Shown in pieces: positions 47,826 through 59,661 of a stretch of 64,000 nt of DNA. The notes beneath the pieces were generated by a model. It made no database searches. It saw only the letters and a list, made by a program, of their open reading frames with translations, and was not told the DNA's origin. Position 1 is the stretch's first letter. Every line of letters begins with the position of its first letter. Location of the stretch: NCBI RefSeq assembly GCF_035594765.1, contig NC_085842.1:243113747-243177746 (forward strand). The letters run 5' to 3'. Both the position numbers and the translations under genes were made by a program. Source of the stretch: Anolis carolinensis (taxonomy: Eukaryota).

Positions 47826-48887
47826 TAATAGGATATGGTTGTTCAATGTATTTAGAAGCTACAAGGATATTCAACCTCTATATAGCTTGAATGTTGCCTG
47901 TTTGTCAAAGTTAGGCTTTAGAGGGACTTGCAAAAGATTCAGTACATTTCTTTGCAAATTCTGCTAAACTTCCTCTTAACTGAGTCCATCGGTCCCAAAG
48001 GGGCTAAAGACCTAAGAAAGTATAGCTAATCTGCCAATTCATTTCCTGGTTGCAAAAAATGTACTCTGTAAGTGGAGGAGTAATTTTGCTCAAACTATCT
48101 CGGAGCCCCCATGTTGAACAAGGAACTGGAAATAACTGCTCACCAAGCAGTAACCCCCATCCTCCAGGACTTTTCTATTAATCGCCCACTTGGGGATGTC
48201 CTTGACCTTAGAGAGATTTGCAAAACAGTAACCTTTATGTCCTGGGAATATCATCTGAAGAACCTGTACAATTGCATTGCTAAATACAGTCTCTGTTTCT
48301 AACACACAACACTCTTTTTTACTGTATTCCCTGGGGCAGAAACTTGACCCGTCTGGGAAGGTGGGTGGTATTTTACAGGCTGAAACATTAGAAAGCCAAC
48401 CTATAATGGATTGACATTTTCCACTTTCTTTGATGCTTGGACAAAGTATAATTATAGGCTGAATAAATGATACTCTGACACTAAGGGAGTGTGCATGCAA
48501 AATTCAAATGAATGCAAGTCTGGTTATCAGAAAACAATTCATAGAAAGCTTCCAAATTTCAATCTTCCCATCAAAGTAAGGTGGACATTCAAATAGGTAT
48601 TTCGAGATCAGAAAAACTACTTTCACTTTAAAACAACGACAGTGTTTCTGCAATATTTAAGCAGCTGTATCTATATCCTTACAATGGTGCTGGGAGGCAC
48701 AGAAATCCAGTATATACTTTTTATTTAAAAAATCTGCAAATACGCATGACAACTATTCAAGATTCAATAATAACAGTGATTTTGCACATATCCACTTTGT
48801 ATAATTAAACAAACTGCTATAGGAAACTATGGGAGCAACATAGTTTTATTAATAGTCTCAATTTCCTACAGCACTATTGTGAGATGG

Positions 48888-49678
48888 TGTCAGGAATCAG
48901 CCTGCTGCTCCTAGGCTACTGTCCTCCTTTATTGCTTCTCATCACAGGAAGAGGAACCCACCATCTGCTTGGCTGACCAGTGATGAGAAGAGGACTAGCA
49001 GCTGTGCAGATAATCGGTCAGCTAATATGAAGGAGGTACTAGAAATTCAGCAAATGGGGTGGGAAGCAACTCAGCTATAAAAGCAAAGATTGTAGCCATG
49101 TGGAAGCAAGCAAAAGATGACAAAACACAGAAGAGGTGCTGGAATTATCTCTAATTGGGAAGACTGCTTCAGGCAGAAGCAGAAATATAAGGAATTTCCA
49201 AAATCTCTACAAAGAGGTAAAGGCTTGCCCCAGGGGAGGAAGCCAAGGTGGGACTTGGTGGCAAGATCAGCTCAAGGATTTGATTCCTAACTGCAACAGC
49301 CACAGTTGGGTCAGTTTTTCTACTCTCCAGAACAACTCTCAACTCCCAAAGTGCTTAAACTACAAGGCCCTCGGTACCCCAAAAGGTCCACTTGATTTGC
49401 CTGCTACACCAGAAGTGGCAAGTGCTCCTGAGGGCTTGTCTACACGACCAAAAAATTGACTGTAATTCAGATTATTCAGCCCCAAAGCTGCCCCAGATTC
49501 ATCCTGTTAGCGCCACACTCACCACTAATAAACTTGTATTGTTGTCCATGCCCCGGATTTCAATCAGCACTGCTTCTATTCCTCTTATCTGCTCCGTAAG
49601 TATTTGCCTGCTGCTGTCTTTCAAGCAGAGTGCCATTGGGGAAGTTGCTTGCTTCAATGCCAAAAAAAAGTTCAGACA
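48888..49678 (+). mobile_element. Possible old solo LTR; right end uncertain
   Basis: tgtcagga start, higher GC, TATAAA near 49076, AATAAA near 49527; no TSD found. Confidence 0.35.
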
Positions 49679-50009
49679 TGAGGGAGCTACTTGGATGAGT
49701 TCATTACATTTTCAAGGTCTGTCAAGCAGAACCTGCTGAAAAATACTTGATATATATAGTCAGCACTCCACATCTTCTTGGGTTGGGGCTCAGGACCCTG
49801 TGGCCAACAAAAATCACAAATAAAGAAGTGTATGGTTTTTTTTAAAACTTGAGAAACCCGCTCTTTGAATTCTAAGTCCTCCAGTACACCTCGGTGGTCA
49901 TCTTCCACCATACGCTGACTAAAGAATCACACTAGTGGACCAATCTCTAGGACGGTCCATCACACTAGCGGACAAATCTCTAGGACGGTCCTTCATCGTA
50001 TCTTTATGG

Positions 50010-50120
50010 TTATTTATTTATTTTGTGTCAAAAGCATTGCATAACAAATACATTTTAAAATGATGGGGGGGGGAAAGGAAATCACAAGCAACTAAATAGT
50101 TTTAGACCAAAAACGGGCAA
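50010..50120 (-). mobile_element. Short LINE 3' tail, possibly Vingi-type
   Basis: ttatttattttgtgtcaaaagc resembles the ACASINE2-like tail; interrupts a Tigger-like remnant. Confidence 0.4.
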
Positions 50121-50451
50121 GTGCTGGAAGAGGTTTACCATATACACTGCAAGACCTAGAGATGTGTAGAAGAATATTTTAAGTACATTTATGAATTATC
50201 ACATCCATAAAAGTCAAACTTACAAATATGGAAGGCCAACTGTACTAAAGCAAGAAATACTGTACTTCTAAACCCAAGCTGTTGAATATCAGAATGTAAC
50301 TGAGGTCACAGTCATTTTTCTCTCTCTCCCTCTCTCCACACACACATACATTTCTGGTTGCTCGAACCTATATTATGTTTGTTTGTTTTCCACTTTTTCT
50401 CTCTAAAAAAGAGACTCAAAGTGGCTTATAGTAAAATGCAATTTAAAACCT

Positions 50452-50706
50452 GTGGCGCCGTGATGACTCAATGGGTGCCAGTGAACTGCTGACCTGAAAG
50501 CTGGGTTGCTGACCCAAAGGTTGCTGGTTCGAATCCGCGAGATGGGATGAGTTCTTGTTTGTCAGCTCTAGCTTTCAGGGACATGAGAGAAGCCTCCCAG
50601 CTAATACATTCTGGTGTCCCCTGGGCAATATCTCTGCAGACGGCCAATTCTCTCACACCAGAAGCAACTAGCAGTATGCTCTCAAGTCACTTCTGACACT
50701 ATTAAA
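50452..50706 (+). mobile_element. ACASINE2-like SINE, full length
   Basis: B-box ggttcgaatcc; caattctctcacaccagaagc..cttctgacactattaaaaa. Confidence 0.85.
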
Positions 50707-51229
50707 AATTAAAATCTAAAAACATACAAACATTAAACACAATTAAATATTAATATTATTAAAAATAAACAGCTAAAACCTTTAAGACAAATTAAAACCC
50801 TTAAAGCTGATTTCATTAATATAAAAATACATATTGAAAAATACATACACAAGAATGAAAAAAAAATCTGAATCCAAAATTTTGGGTACCAGAATTAAAC
50901 AAAAGTCATAGTCCTTCCACACTGACACGGAAATATCAATTCCATTAATGTAATTTAGGCAAAGGAATGTCTATCATCCATCTATCCTTGAAGCTCTCTA
51001 CAGACTTTACTTGTTTTTGGATGAAGCAAAGAATGACAAACTCTTGGCTTCAAAAAACATTCCTTTCTCATTTTTGATTAAAAAAACACCTCAATCTTGC
51101 TTCATGATTTGCCTTAAAGCTTTCAGAAATATGTGGTATTCCAATGCAAGTCTAGGCAATGTCACATTAGTATCTGTCATACACTGAAAACTGATAGGAG
51201 AACAAATATGGACAGGTAGACATTAAGTC

Positions 51230-51230
<1 letters not shown>

Positions 51231-51281
<51 letters not shown>
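51231..51281. repeat. (ATT)n microsatellite
   Basis: About 16 units. Confidence 0.98.
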
Positions 51282-51282
<1 letters not shown>

Positions 51283-51734
51283 CCAGTTGTAGTAATAGGA
51301 GACAGTGTTATCACAAGCTAAAATATGTAGCTTTGCTACGACACATACAAGTTTTGACATTAAAACTATTCAGTTAAGAATATTGCTGAGATTATGAATT
51401 AAGCTTACTGAAGTAACATAAACACATCTCTCTTCTTCATGTTCAACCTTCCAGTACCCTCAGTAATATATACAGTATTATACAAGTTTCATAACCGCGT
51501 TGCTGGATTTCTACTTTGTTGGGCTCTCACCAGAAGTACGGGAAAGGTAAGTTAGGAATTTGAGAAAATACTCTGTATAATCCTAGACTAAAATATAAAA
51601 CATCCACAACAACTCTGTATTTTACAGCATTGCATAAGGGGGGGGGGGGATAGTCAAGTGTCATGTATCACCAGGAACATTTAGCGGATGCTGTAATTTC
51701 CATTTCTGATTTTTTCCTATGTTATCTGTTACAT

Positions 51735-52779
51735 CAGTGGTTCTCAACCTTCCTAATGCGGCGACCCCTTAATAAAACTTCCGGATGTTGTGGTGACCGC
51801 CAACCATAACAGTATCTTTGTTGCTACTTCATAACTGTAATTTTGCTACTGTTATGAATCATAATGTAGATATCTGGTATGCAGGATGTATTTTCATTCA
51901 ATGGACCAAATTTGGCACAAATAACCAATACGCTCAAATTTGAATACTGGTGGGGTTGGGGGGATTGATTTTGTCATTTGGGAGTTGTAGTTGCTGGGAT
52001 TTATAGTTCACCTACAATCAAAGAGCATTATGAACTCCTCCGACAATGAAACTGAACCAAACTTGGCACACAGAACTCCTATGACCAACAGAAAATACTG
52101 GAAGGGTTTGACCTTGAGTTTTGGAGTTGAAGTTCATCTACATCCAGAGAGCACTGTGGGCTCAGAATAATGATGGATCTGGACCAATCTTGGCACAAAT
52201 ACTCTATATGCCCAAATGTTAACACTGGTGGAGTTTGGGAAAAATAGACCTTGGCATTTGGGAGTTGTAGTTGCTGGTACAGTAGAGTCTCACTTATCCA
52301 AGCTAAACGGGCCGGCAGAAGCTTGGATAAGCGAATAACTTGGATAATAAGGAGGGATTAAGGAAAAGCCTATTAAACATCAAATTAGGTTATGATTTTA
52401 CAAATTAAGCACCAAAACATCCTGTTATACAACAAATTGGACAGAAAAGGTAGTTCAATACGTAGTAATGTTATGATGTAATTACTGTATTTACGAATTT
52501 AGCACCAAAATATCATGATATATTGAAAACATTGACTACAAAAATGGCTTGGTTTATCCAGAGGCTTGGATAAGCGAGGCTTGGATTAGTGAGACTCTAC
52601 TGTATTTATAGTTCATCTACAATCAAACAGCCCCTTGAACCCCACCAACGATATAATTGGGCCAAACTTCCCACACAAAACCCCCATTACTAACAGAAAA
52701 TACTGGTCTTACATGACCCCTCTGATACCCCCCTCACGACCCTCCCAGGGATCCCAACCCGCCAGGTTGAGAAATGCTG
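51735..52779. mobile_element. SPIN/URR1-like hAT non-autonomous element
   Basis: cagtggttctcaaccttcctaatgcggcgaccc..gttgtggtgacc..gttgctacttcataactgtaattttgctactgttatgaatc; right TIR ggttgagaaatgctg; tgttacat at both ends (overlapping the right TIR by 2 nt). Confidence 0.85.
52280..52602. mobile_element. Tc1/mariner-superfamily MITE (orientation B) nested in the SPIN-like element
   Basis: TIRs with TA duplication; host rejoins as gttgctgg-ta-tttatagttca. Confidence 0.92.
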
Positions 52780-52783
52780 TTAC

Positions 52784-53000
52784 ATTTATACCCCACCTTT
52801 TTTCAAAGAAACACAAAGTGGTTTGTACATTTTCCCCTCATCGTGGTTTACATGTTATTTCCCGTCCTATTTTTATTCTCACAACAATATTGGGAGAAAG
52901 ATCAAAATAAAGGACAGCAACTTGCCTAAGGTCACCCATTGAAGTCACAGCCAAGTGGGGCTTGAACCCAGGCTTCCAAACATTTATCACTATCCCATGT
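52784..53000 (-). mobile_element. Degenerate CORE SINE with L2-like tail
   Basis: atttataccccacc tail; ttattctcacaacaa; acttgcctaaggtcaccca. Confidence 0.6.
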
Positions 53001-53454
53001 TAGCAGGTTTTTTGTAGTAGTACTGTACATCTTTTGAAAACATAACCACAAACCCTTTATAATTTTAATTATTCCTTCTCCCTACCTAAAAGGTATGTGA
53101 TGTTTGTTGGAATACAACATGACCTATTATGTTGTGTAACTTTATGTATATATAGCAGAGGTAGTAAGAAAACCCTTTACTGAATGACAGAGATCCATGA
53201 TGGGACAACAACCATGCCCAATGCACATTGGTGCCCAGTGCTCATCGGGATTGATGCACATACACTCACTGCGCGTTGTTCACCTTGCCACCTGTCAGGT
53301 AAGAACATAACAGCCCTCTACTGTATATAGAAATTATGTAATTACCCAATTCTAATTCCCACATATGTAAGTCTATAAGATCCCAACATGATTCTGCCAT
53401 GTATTATACCCAATAAATCTGGAAATAATTAAGAAATTTCATATGGAGGATCTG

Positions 53455-53640
53455 ACCAAACACACTAAAAGAACTGTCTGATCTTGGAAGCTAAGCAGGG
53501 TCAGCTTTGGAAAACTACCAACCAATACCAGATCCTGCAGGCTATTTTTCAGAGGAAGGAACTGGCAAAACCACTTCTGAATATTCCTTGCTTAAGCAAA
53601 CACTATGAAATTAATGGGGTTGCCATAAGTCAGACATGCA
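53455..53640 (+). mobile_element. 5S rRNA-derived SINE (5S-Sauria-like)
   Basis: gtctgatcttggaagctaagcagggtc is a 5S A-box region; followed by a non-5S body ending gggttgccataagtc. Confidence 0.75.
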
Positions 53641-53749
53641 TATAGGAATCTGCATTTCATGATCAACAGTTGCTTTAGAAAAACCAACATACACCATTAT
53701 TTAACTTTCAGTTTAATGTTGGGCATCTAGTTTTCTATGTAGCTACTCT

Positions 53750-54097
53750 GTGTGTGCATGCCTTCAAATCGCCTGTTCACTTATGGTGACACCATGAATT
53801 TCATAGTTTTTTTAGGCAAGGTATATTCAGAGGTGGTTTTGTCTGCTCCTTCCTCTGAAATATGGACTACACATCTGGTATTTGCTGGTGGTCTCCCATT
53901 CAAGTAATAACCAGAACTGATCCTGCTTAGATGGGATCCAGTACAGTGGTTCTCAACCTGGGCTCCCCAGATGTTTTTGGCCTTCAACTCCCAGAAATCC
54001 TAACAGGTGATAAACTGGCTGGGATTTCTTGGGAGTTGTAAGCCAAAAATATATGGGGACCCCAGGTTGAGAACCACTGATCTAGTGTATTTAGGCC
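53750..54097 (-). mobile_element. 5S rRNA-derived SINE, interrupted by a hAT MITE
   Basis: ggtggtctcccattcaagtaataaccag..cctgcttag is the reverse of the 5S internal promoter; body is the reverse complement of 53540-53630. Confidence 0.78.
53944..54079. mobile_element. hAT MITE
   Basis: cagtggttctcaacctggg TIRs; TSD atccagta / atctagtg. Confidence 0.9.
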
Positions 54098-54806
54098 CCA
54101 TACATAACTATATACCCTAGCATATAACTTCAGGCTTGAGGTGGAGATCTGAATACAAATCAGTCAGGCTCTGGCAACAGTTTAACCTCTACTGTTAAAC
54201 CTCTACAAATATCCCTCAGGACCCAGTTTGCAAACTGATTAAGAAATCAGGATTGATCCCATAGGGCAAAATATTGTCTTACCTGATGCTATCAGACAGG
54301 TAACTAGTGTTTATTTTACCCATTAAAATCCAAGCAGCTGTTTCATTATACAATAAGCATGTTGGCTGAACATCAATTATAAAGAATGATAACAGAAAGA
54401 GGTAATTATTATGCTTAACCTGATTCAGACCAAAGGCATATTGAAGCACAGCATTTTGTATCCCAAGCAATCAGAAACACAATGAACCAATAATCTTCTA
54501 CTCCTATTCTTTAGTAACTAATATACAGAGCCATGCTGCCCGCAATACTGGAAATAATATGTGGGCAACATGCCTAGCATCTACTGGGAGCTTTATCCTC
54601 CAAAAATCTGCTTGCTAGCTTGGTGGTCTTCATTTTGTGGTAGATAATTCCATGATTTAAGTGTATGCTGTGTGAGGCAGCACTTCCTTTTGTCTGCCTT
54701 CAATCCTTCGTTGCTCAGCTTCATTAGATGACACTAGGTACCAGTTTCATGAAAGGGGAATACAATATCTCTCTTCTTTCTCAACATCATAAACTTCTAT
54801 CACAAG

Positions 54807-55092
54807 GTTGTTGAGAGTTTTCTGGGCTATACGGCCATGTTCCAGAATCATTTTCTCCTGACATTTTGCCCACATCAATGGCAGGCATCCTCAGAAGTTT
54901 TGAGGTCTGTTGGAAACTAGGCAAGTGAGGTTTATATATCTGTGGAATGGCCAGGGTGGGAGAAAGAACTCTTGTCTGTTTGAGGCAAGTGTGAATGTTG
55001 CAATTGGCCACCTTGATTAGCACTCAATGGCCCTGTAGCTTCAAGGTCTGGCTGCTTCCTGCCTGAGGGAATCCTTTGTTGGAAAGTATTAG
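54807..55092 (-). mobile_element. Penelope-like fragment with a hammerhead remnant
   Basis: Same family as 33724; 10-bp TSD ctatcacaag (54797-54806, 55093-55102). Confidence 0.88.
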
Positions 55093-56146
55093 CTATCACA
55101 AGCTTCTTACTTTTCTATTGTTCAAGCTAAAAAAACTGCAAGCATTAAAACTTCCTAATCTGAGATGTTCCCTAGCATCTCATCAAATTGGCTGGCCTTT
55201 TTATTTATACTATTTTCAGGTCTACAATGTTCTTTGTGAGATTCATTGAGTAAAACTGTAAACATTTCCCATGTCCTCCAGTATTCAGCCCAAAGACAGT
55301 CACAGAGCTTTTTCTTAATATACTTAGTGATTTAGTTGGTTCAAATAAAAGTTTTCTCTCACATTTTCTGGAAAAATCAGAGATAAGCAGGATAGTTACT
55401 CAACTCACTAGAAGCTATTCAAAGTCAGAACCTTATCTTGAAAGAATGCAAACCCATTCAATAGCTCATCTTCTCATCCATTCCTGAATGCAGGTACTCA
55501 ACGTTTAAAATGAGAGAGATAAGACACAATTTAAAAAAATAAAGGAGGGGGATGTGAAAGAGCCTTAGGATTGTTTTCAATTTTCAAGGTCGTGATTTTA
55601 TGTGATTAACCTTTGAAGAACGTAGTTAGACTAGAGAGGGTTATTTTATCTGACGGAGGATCTAGGCAACTATGGAACGACCTACATTCAGGCAATGGCT
55701 TACAATATGATTGGTGCATTATGCTAGTGGCCACACTTTTTTCAGGGTCACACAGCAGTGACAAGGGAAGGCAGTGAAAATTAGCTGACTGTGAACAGCC
55801 TATTTCTCTCCTGCCTTCCTTCCTGGCTCCTTTACCCATGGCCTTGTTCTTCCTACCACTGACATAGCACACCAATACAATTCCAAACTAAGCCATCAAC
55901 CCTGCAGTCTTTGTGCTGCTGCATCAGTAAAGGAAAAAACGAGTCAGCTTCTGCACACAGCCAAGCCACACTGTCGTAACTGGACACTGCTTCTGTTATG
56001 GGACTGCACAAATATCCCGTTACAGCTGTTACAGTACATCCACTGTGCTATGAGCCTATCTGGCCTGATCACTGCATTCTGGGACCCGACGAAAATGTGA
56101 ATGTTTCTCAGACAGAGTGGTTCCCAAAGATGTCTAAATCAACCAA

Positions 56147-56253
56147 CAGGGGTGTCAAACCCATTTTCACCAAAGATCACATTAGACGTATGGTTGCCTT
56201 CAAAGGGCCATTTTAATTGTAAGACTATAAACCTGACTATGTTGCTCTGGTGT

Positions 56254-56284
<31 letters not shown>

Positions 56285-56932
56285 TTATGTAATACAAAGA
56301 TAAAACTACAGTATGTTGCTCTGGTATTGAAAGCCTAAAATACCTCCCACATAAAAGTCACTCACTGATGACCAAGGATGGTTTGAACCTCATGTATCCA
56401 ATTATCCCAGACCCTCTGTGGGGAAGATCAAAGTGGGGACACTATCTTTCTTCAAAATCCTATTCCTAATGTGTGCTATGGATTGAGGGCCACTGTGTTC
56501 CAGCTCGACTAGGAAGGGAATGGACCAGACATGGACACATCTTTTTAAAAGCATTCACCCTCAGCTTAAGCCCCTCAGGGAAAGACTGTCCTGGCCTGTG
56601 GACAAGGAGGGAGGGGCTGCCACCTGCCTTGTGTGCTGCCTTGAAGCCCCAACTGCAAGAGGCAATCCACATTCAGCATCCTCTCAGAGCAGCCAAAGCA
56701 ATAGCACTACCTTCTCCCCTGCGGGCTCTAGGACACCAGACACTGCGAGGAGAGCAATGATCTCCAGTCAGAAACACTCTCTCTTGCAACTTGGTTCCTG
56801 CTGTATTTGAAATGCAGAAGACACAATCAGCACTTGGCGGAGGGGGTAACACAAGCACAGAGAGCATCCGGACCACATAAAATGGTGTGATGGGCCACAC
56901 TCGGACCATGGGTCTTAAGTTTGACACATGAG
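56147..56932. mobile_element. Possible degenerate hAT element containing (CTA)n at 56254-56282
   Basis: caggggtgtcaaac .. gtttgacacatg ends; no TSD. Confidence 0.45.
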
Positions 56933-57014
56933 AGCTACAAAGACTACATCTACACACATTTGGAAGAATATATATGATAGCATAATATGAGATGCTCCAA
57001 GTAATTTTGTCGCC

Positions 57015-57262
57015 CACAGATGACAACGCAGGCTCCTTGGCTTGAAAATGGAGAAAAGGCACCTACCAGAGCTAGAGATGAGCACCACCTCCAGAAACCG
57101 GAAATGAAAGGAGAAGCCTTTGCCTTTGTTTATATTTGTGTCTCATTGTATGTGATTTTAAAGGCATTGAATGTTTGCCTATGTCTGCTGTGAATGCTGT
57201 AATCCACTCTGAGGTCCCTAGGGGAGAAGGGTGGAATATAAATAAAGTGTATTATCATTATC
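57015..57262 (+). mobile_element. SINE fragment: Sauria-like body with an L2-like tail
   Basis: gacaacgcaggctccttggcttgaaaatggaga..gagatgagcacc..gcctttgccttt, then gtaatccactctgag..gagaagggtggaatataaataaa. Confidence 0.65.
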
Positions 57263-58834
57263 ACTGTTGACTTTATAAGCATCTAAGTTATATTCTCTAA
57301 CATTATAGATACTGACATTATCCCTGTGATGTTTACATCGCATAGAGCTCTTTTAATATTACCTTAATAGAGGAAAACTGGTTAAAATGGGGGGGGGATT
57401 CACATCTACTTGGAATAGAAATAATGCATTTCTACATAGTGATGACATCTAAAATATCATTAGTTTCCTGATACTCTATGTCCATTGACCACAAGCTTCA
57501 CTAGTGTTTATGGATCAATGTATGAAATTGGACATGTCAGATTGTATGAAAGTCAGAAATCTTTCCAGTGTCAAAAGCACTGACAGGCCTCATAAATATG
57601 TCAGACAACATCAACATTCAGAATAAGCTTGTGCTTTGGTTTTTTTTAAAAAAAAATCAGCCATCCCACTGTGCTTTGATCTTTTGACAAATCATTTCCT
57701 GATACAAGTATAAACAACAGGCAAGGACTTTGGACACCAACCAGCTGTCACGGTTGCCCTGGGAATTGGCACTAGACTCTTTAGCAGGGAAAAAGGGAAA
57801 GTGAACAGATATCCAACATGTTTATACTCACAAAGCAGGAATGTTAAACTTTGGCAGGCTGGGAGAGAACACATGTGTAAAACTCTTTCCATGTTATTCT
57901 TGTATTGCTCCAGAGCACATATTTCAGAGGAAATTAGATAAAACTTTCCCCTCCAAGAATCGTAAGCAATATGTCAGGAACTCCCTCAACTTGAAATCAA
58001 TATAGCAGGTGAATTACATCGCAGTTCTATCTACAGCAAGACTAATAACCCACCTCACGTAACCAGTTCTCTTTCTATGTGTGTCTATAAAATGTATTTA
58101 TTGTTTAAATTAACAACAGATTAAATTGGATATGAAATATGTCAGAAAACCATTACATTGTTTAACAAGTTAGAAATTGAGGGAAATATATTCACTAACA
58201 TATACATATTGAAAAGGACTGACATATGAATACATGAAATGAGACAAAAAGAGATCCAGTGCATTTCCCTTGCCATATACCCATCTCTCCATTGTGTGTG
58301 CATTCTCTCGCCTCTTCCTCCCCACCTTTCTCTTTTTGTTTCAGCCATTGCCATTCTGAATAGTAATGAATTCTTCCAAGAAAAGAGTTTCTAACAGGTG
58401 TCAAGTATGGCTACCACTCATCCAGACTATGTCTAGAAGTAGAGAAATTGGTGTTTGGGTTTTGCAGGCTTGTGTTTTAATTTAATCTAACATGAAAAGA
58501 CCTCTGAACTTCTTACAAGCATAGCACTTATTCACAGTATTTTCCCAAACTCCCTTGTTGTGGGTGGCAGAGAACTACATTCCTTACTCCTACCATCATT
58601 GCATTTGTTAACTTCTAGCCATTTCTAATTAGAGAAATTTGCAACTCCACTACTGCTACCAGATAATTATGTGAGTATTCTGTCATAAAGCATAAAGCAG
58701 CTCCAGCATAAAACAGAGCAGGGAGAGGAGAGAGGTGTACAATCTTTCTTTAGAAGCCAGAAATGTTACAACAAAATGCATACTTTCTTTGCCTTAATGG
58801 TGAGAGCAAAGTACAAGTATGTATGCATTTTGTT

Positions 58835-58927
58835 AAAGCATTCAAGCGATTCCACAAAACTTGCAAGAGAGAGCAGTTAAAATGTAAAAGCATTCAAGCA
58901 ATTCCACAAAACTTGCAAGAGGCAGTA
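58835..58927. repeat. Tandem duplication, period ~52 bp
   Basis: aaagcattcaagc(g/a)attccacaaaacttgcaagag twice. Confidence 0.9.
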
Positions 58928-59545
58928 CAGATGAGAACACTGATTTTCAAAAAGCAAGCAAAATTGTTCAAAAGTTATAAGAAAACGAAAACATGCTCAG
59001 AATTAGATTAAGATGTGGTGTCTAAAATATAATCAATGGTTACTAAATGACTCATTTAACAGGTTCCTTATCTGAAGTTTTTACACTTTAACAAGAAAAT
59101 TATATTTCATCTTATACGTAGATTTATATTTTAACATCTCTGGAAGGAACATGGTGACGGTGGTGATTTTATTCATTTATATCCCACCTTCTCCCAATAT
59201 TGGGACTGAATGTGACTTAGAAATAAATGAAACCAATACCAATAAGTATGTGTGCTATTTAAAAACAATCAATCCAACATGTCAAAACCATTTGCAGTTA
59301 TTTTGAAGCTAAAATGCATCAATGTAAAATATTTTTTCTGTTGTTTTATTTATACATTTTTCAATCCACTGAAAAAAATTATTCAATAGGTCTGTAAATG
59401 TCATTAAAAAGGGAGAGTTGGGAACCATATGGTCTACTTGATATTCTAGGACTTTAAACTCCTGGAAGCATAGGAAATGTTAAGGCATACTAGGAACTGT
59501 CATCCAACAACATCTGGACACCTGCATGATTCCCATCCTACTAGA

Positions 59546-59661
59546 CAGGCATAGGCAAACTTCAGCCCCCCAGGTATTTTGGACTTCAACTCCCACATTT
59601 CCTAAGAATTGTGGCAGTTGAAGTCCAAAACACCTGGAAGGCTGAAATTTGCCCATGCCTA
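59546..59661. mobile_element. hAT MITE
   Basis: caggcataggcaaact / tttgcccatgccta; TSD-like tactagac / tattagac. Confidence 0.85.

Noticed and set aside
48090-48500. 136-aa minus-strand ORF, and likewise 56673-57062, 13350-13757 and 7144-7521
   Set aside because: No recognisable domain, atypical composition and no splice support.
253-50706. tRNA genes at A/B-box matches
   Set aside because: All are SINE heads without a cloverleaf.
53480-53935. 5S rRNA genes
   Set aside because: Only partial, diverged 5S heads fused to SINE bodies.
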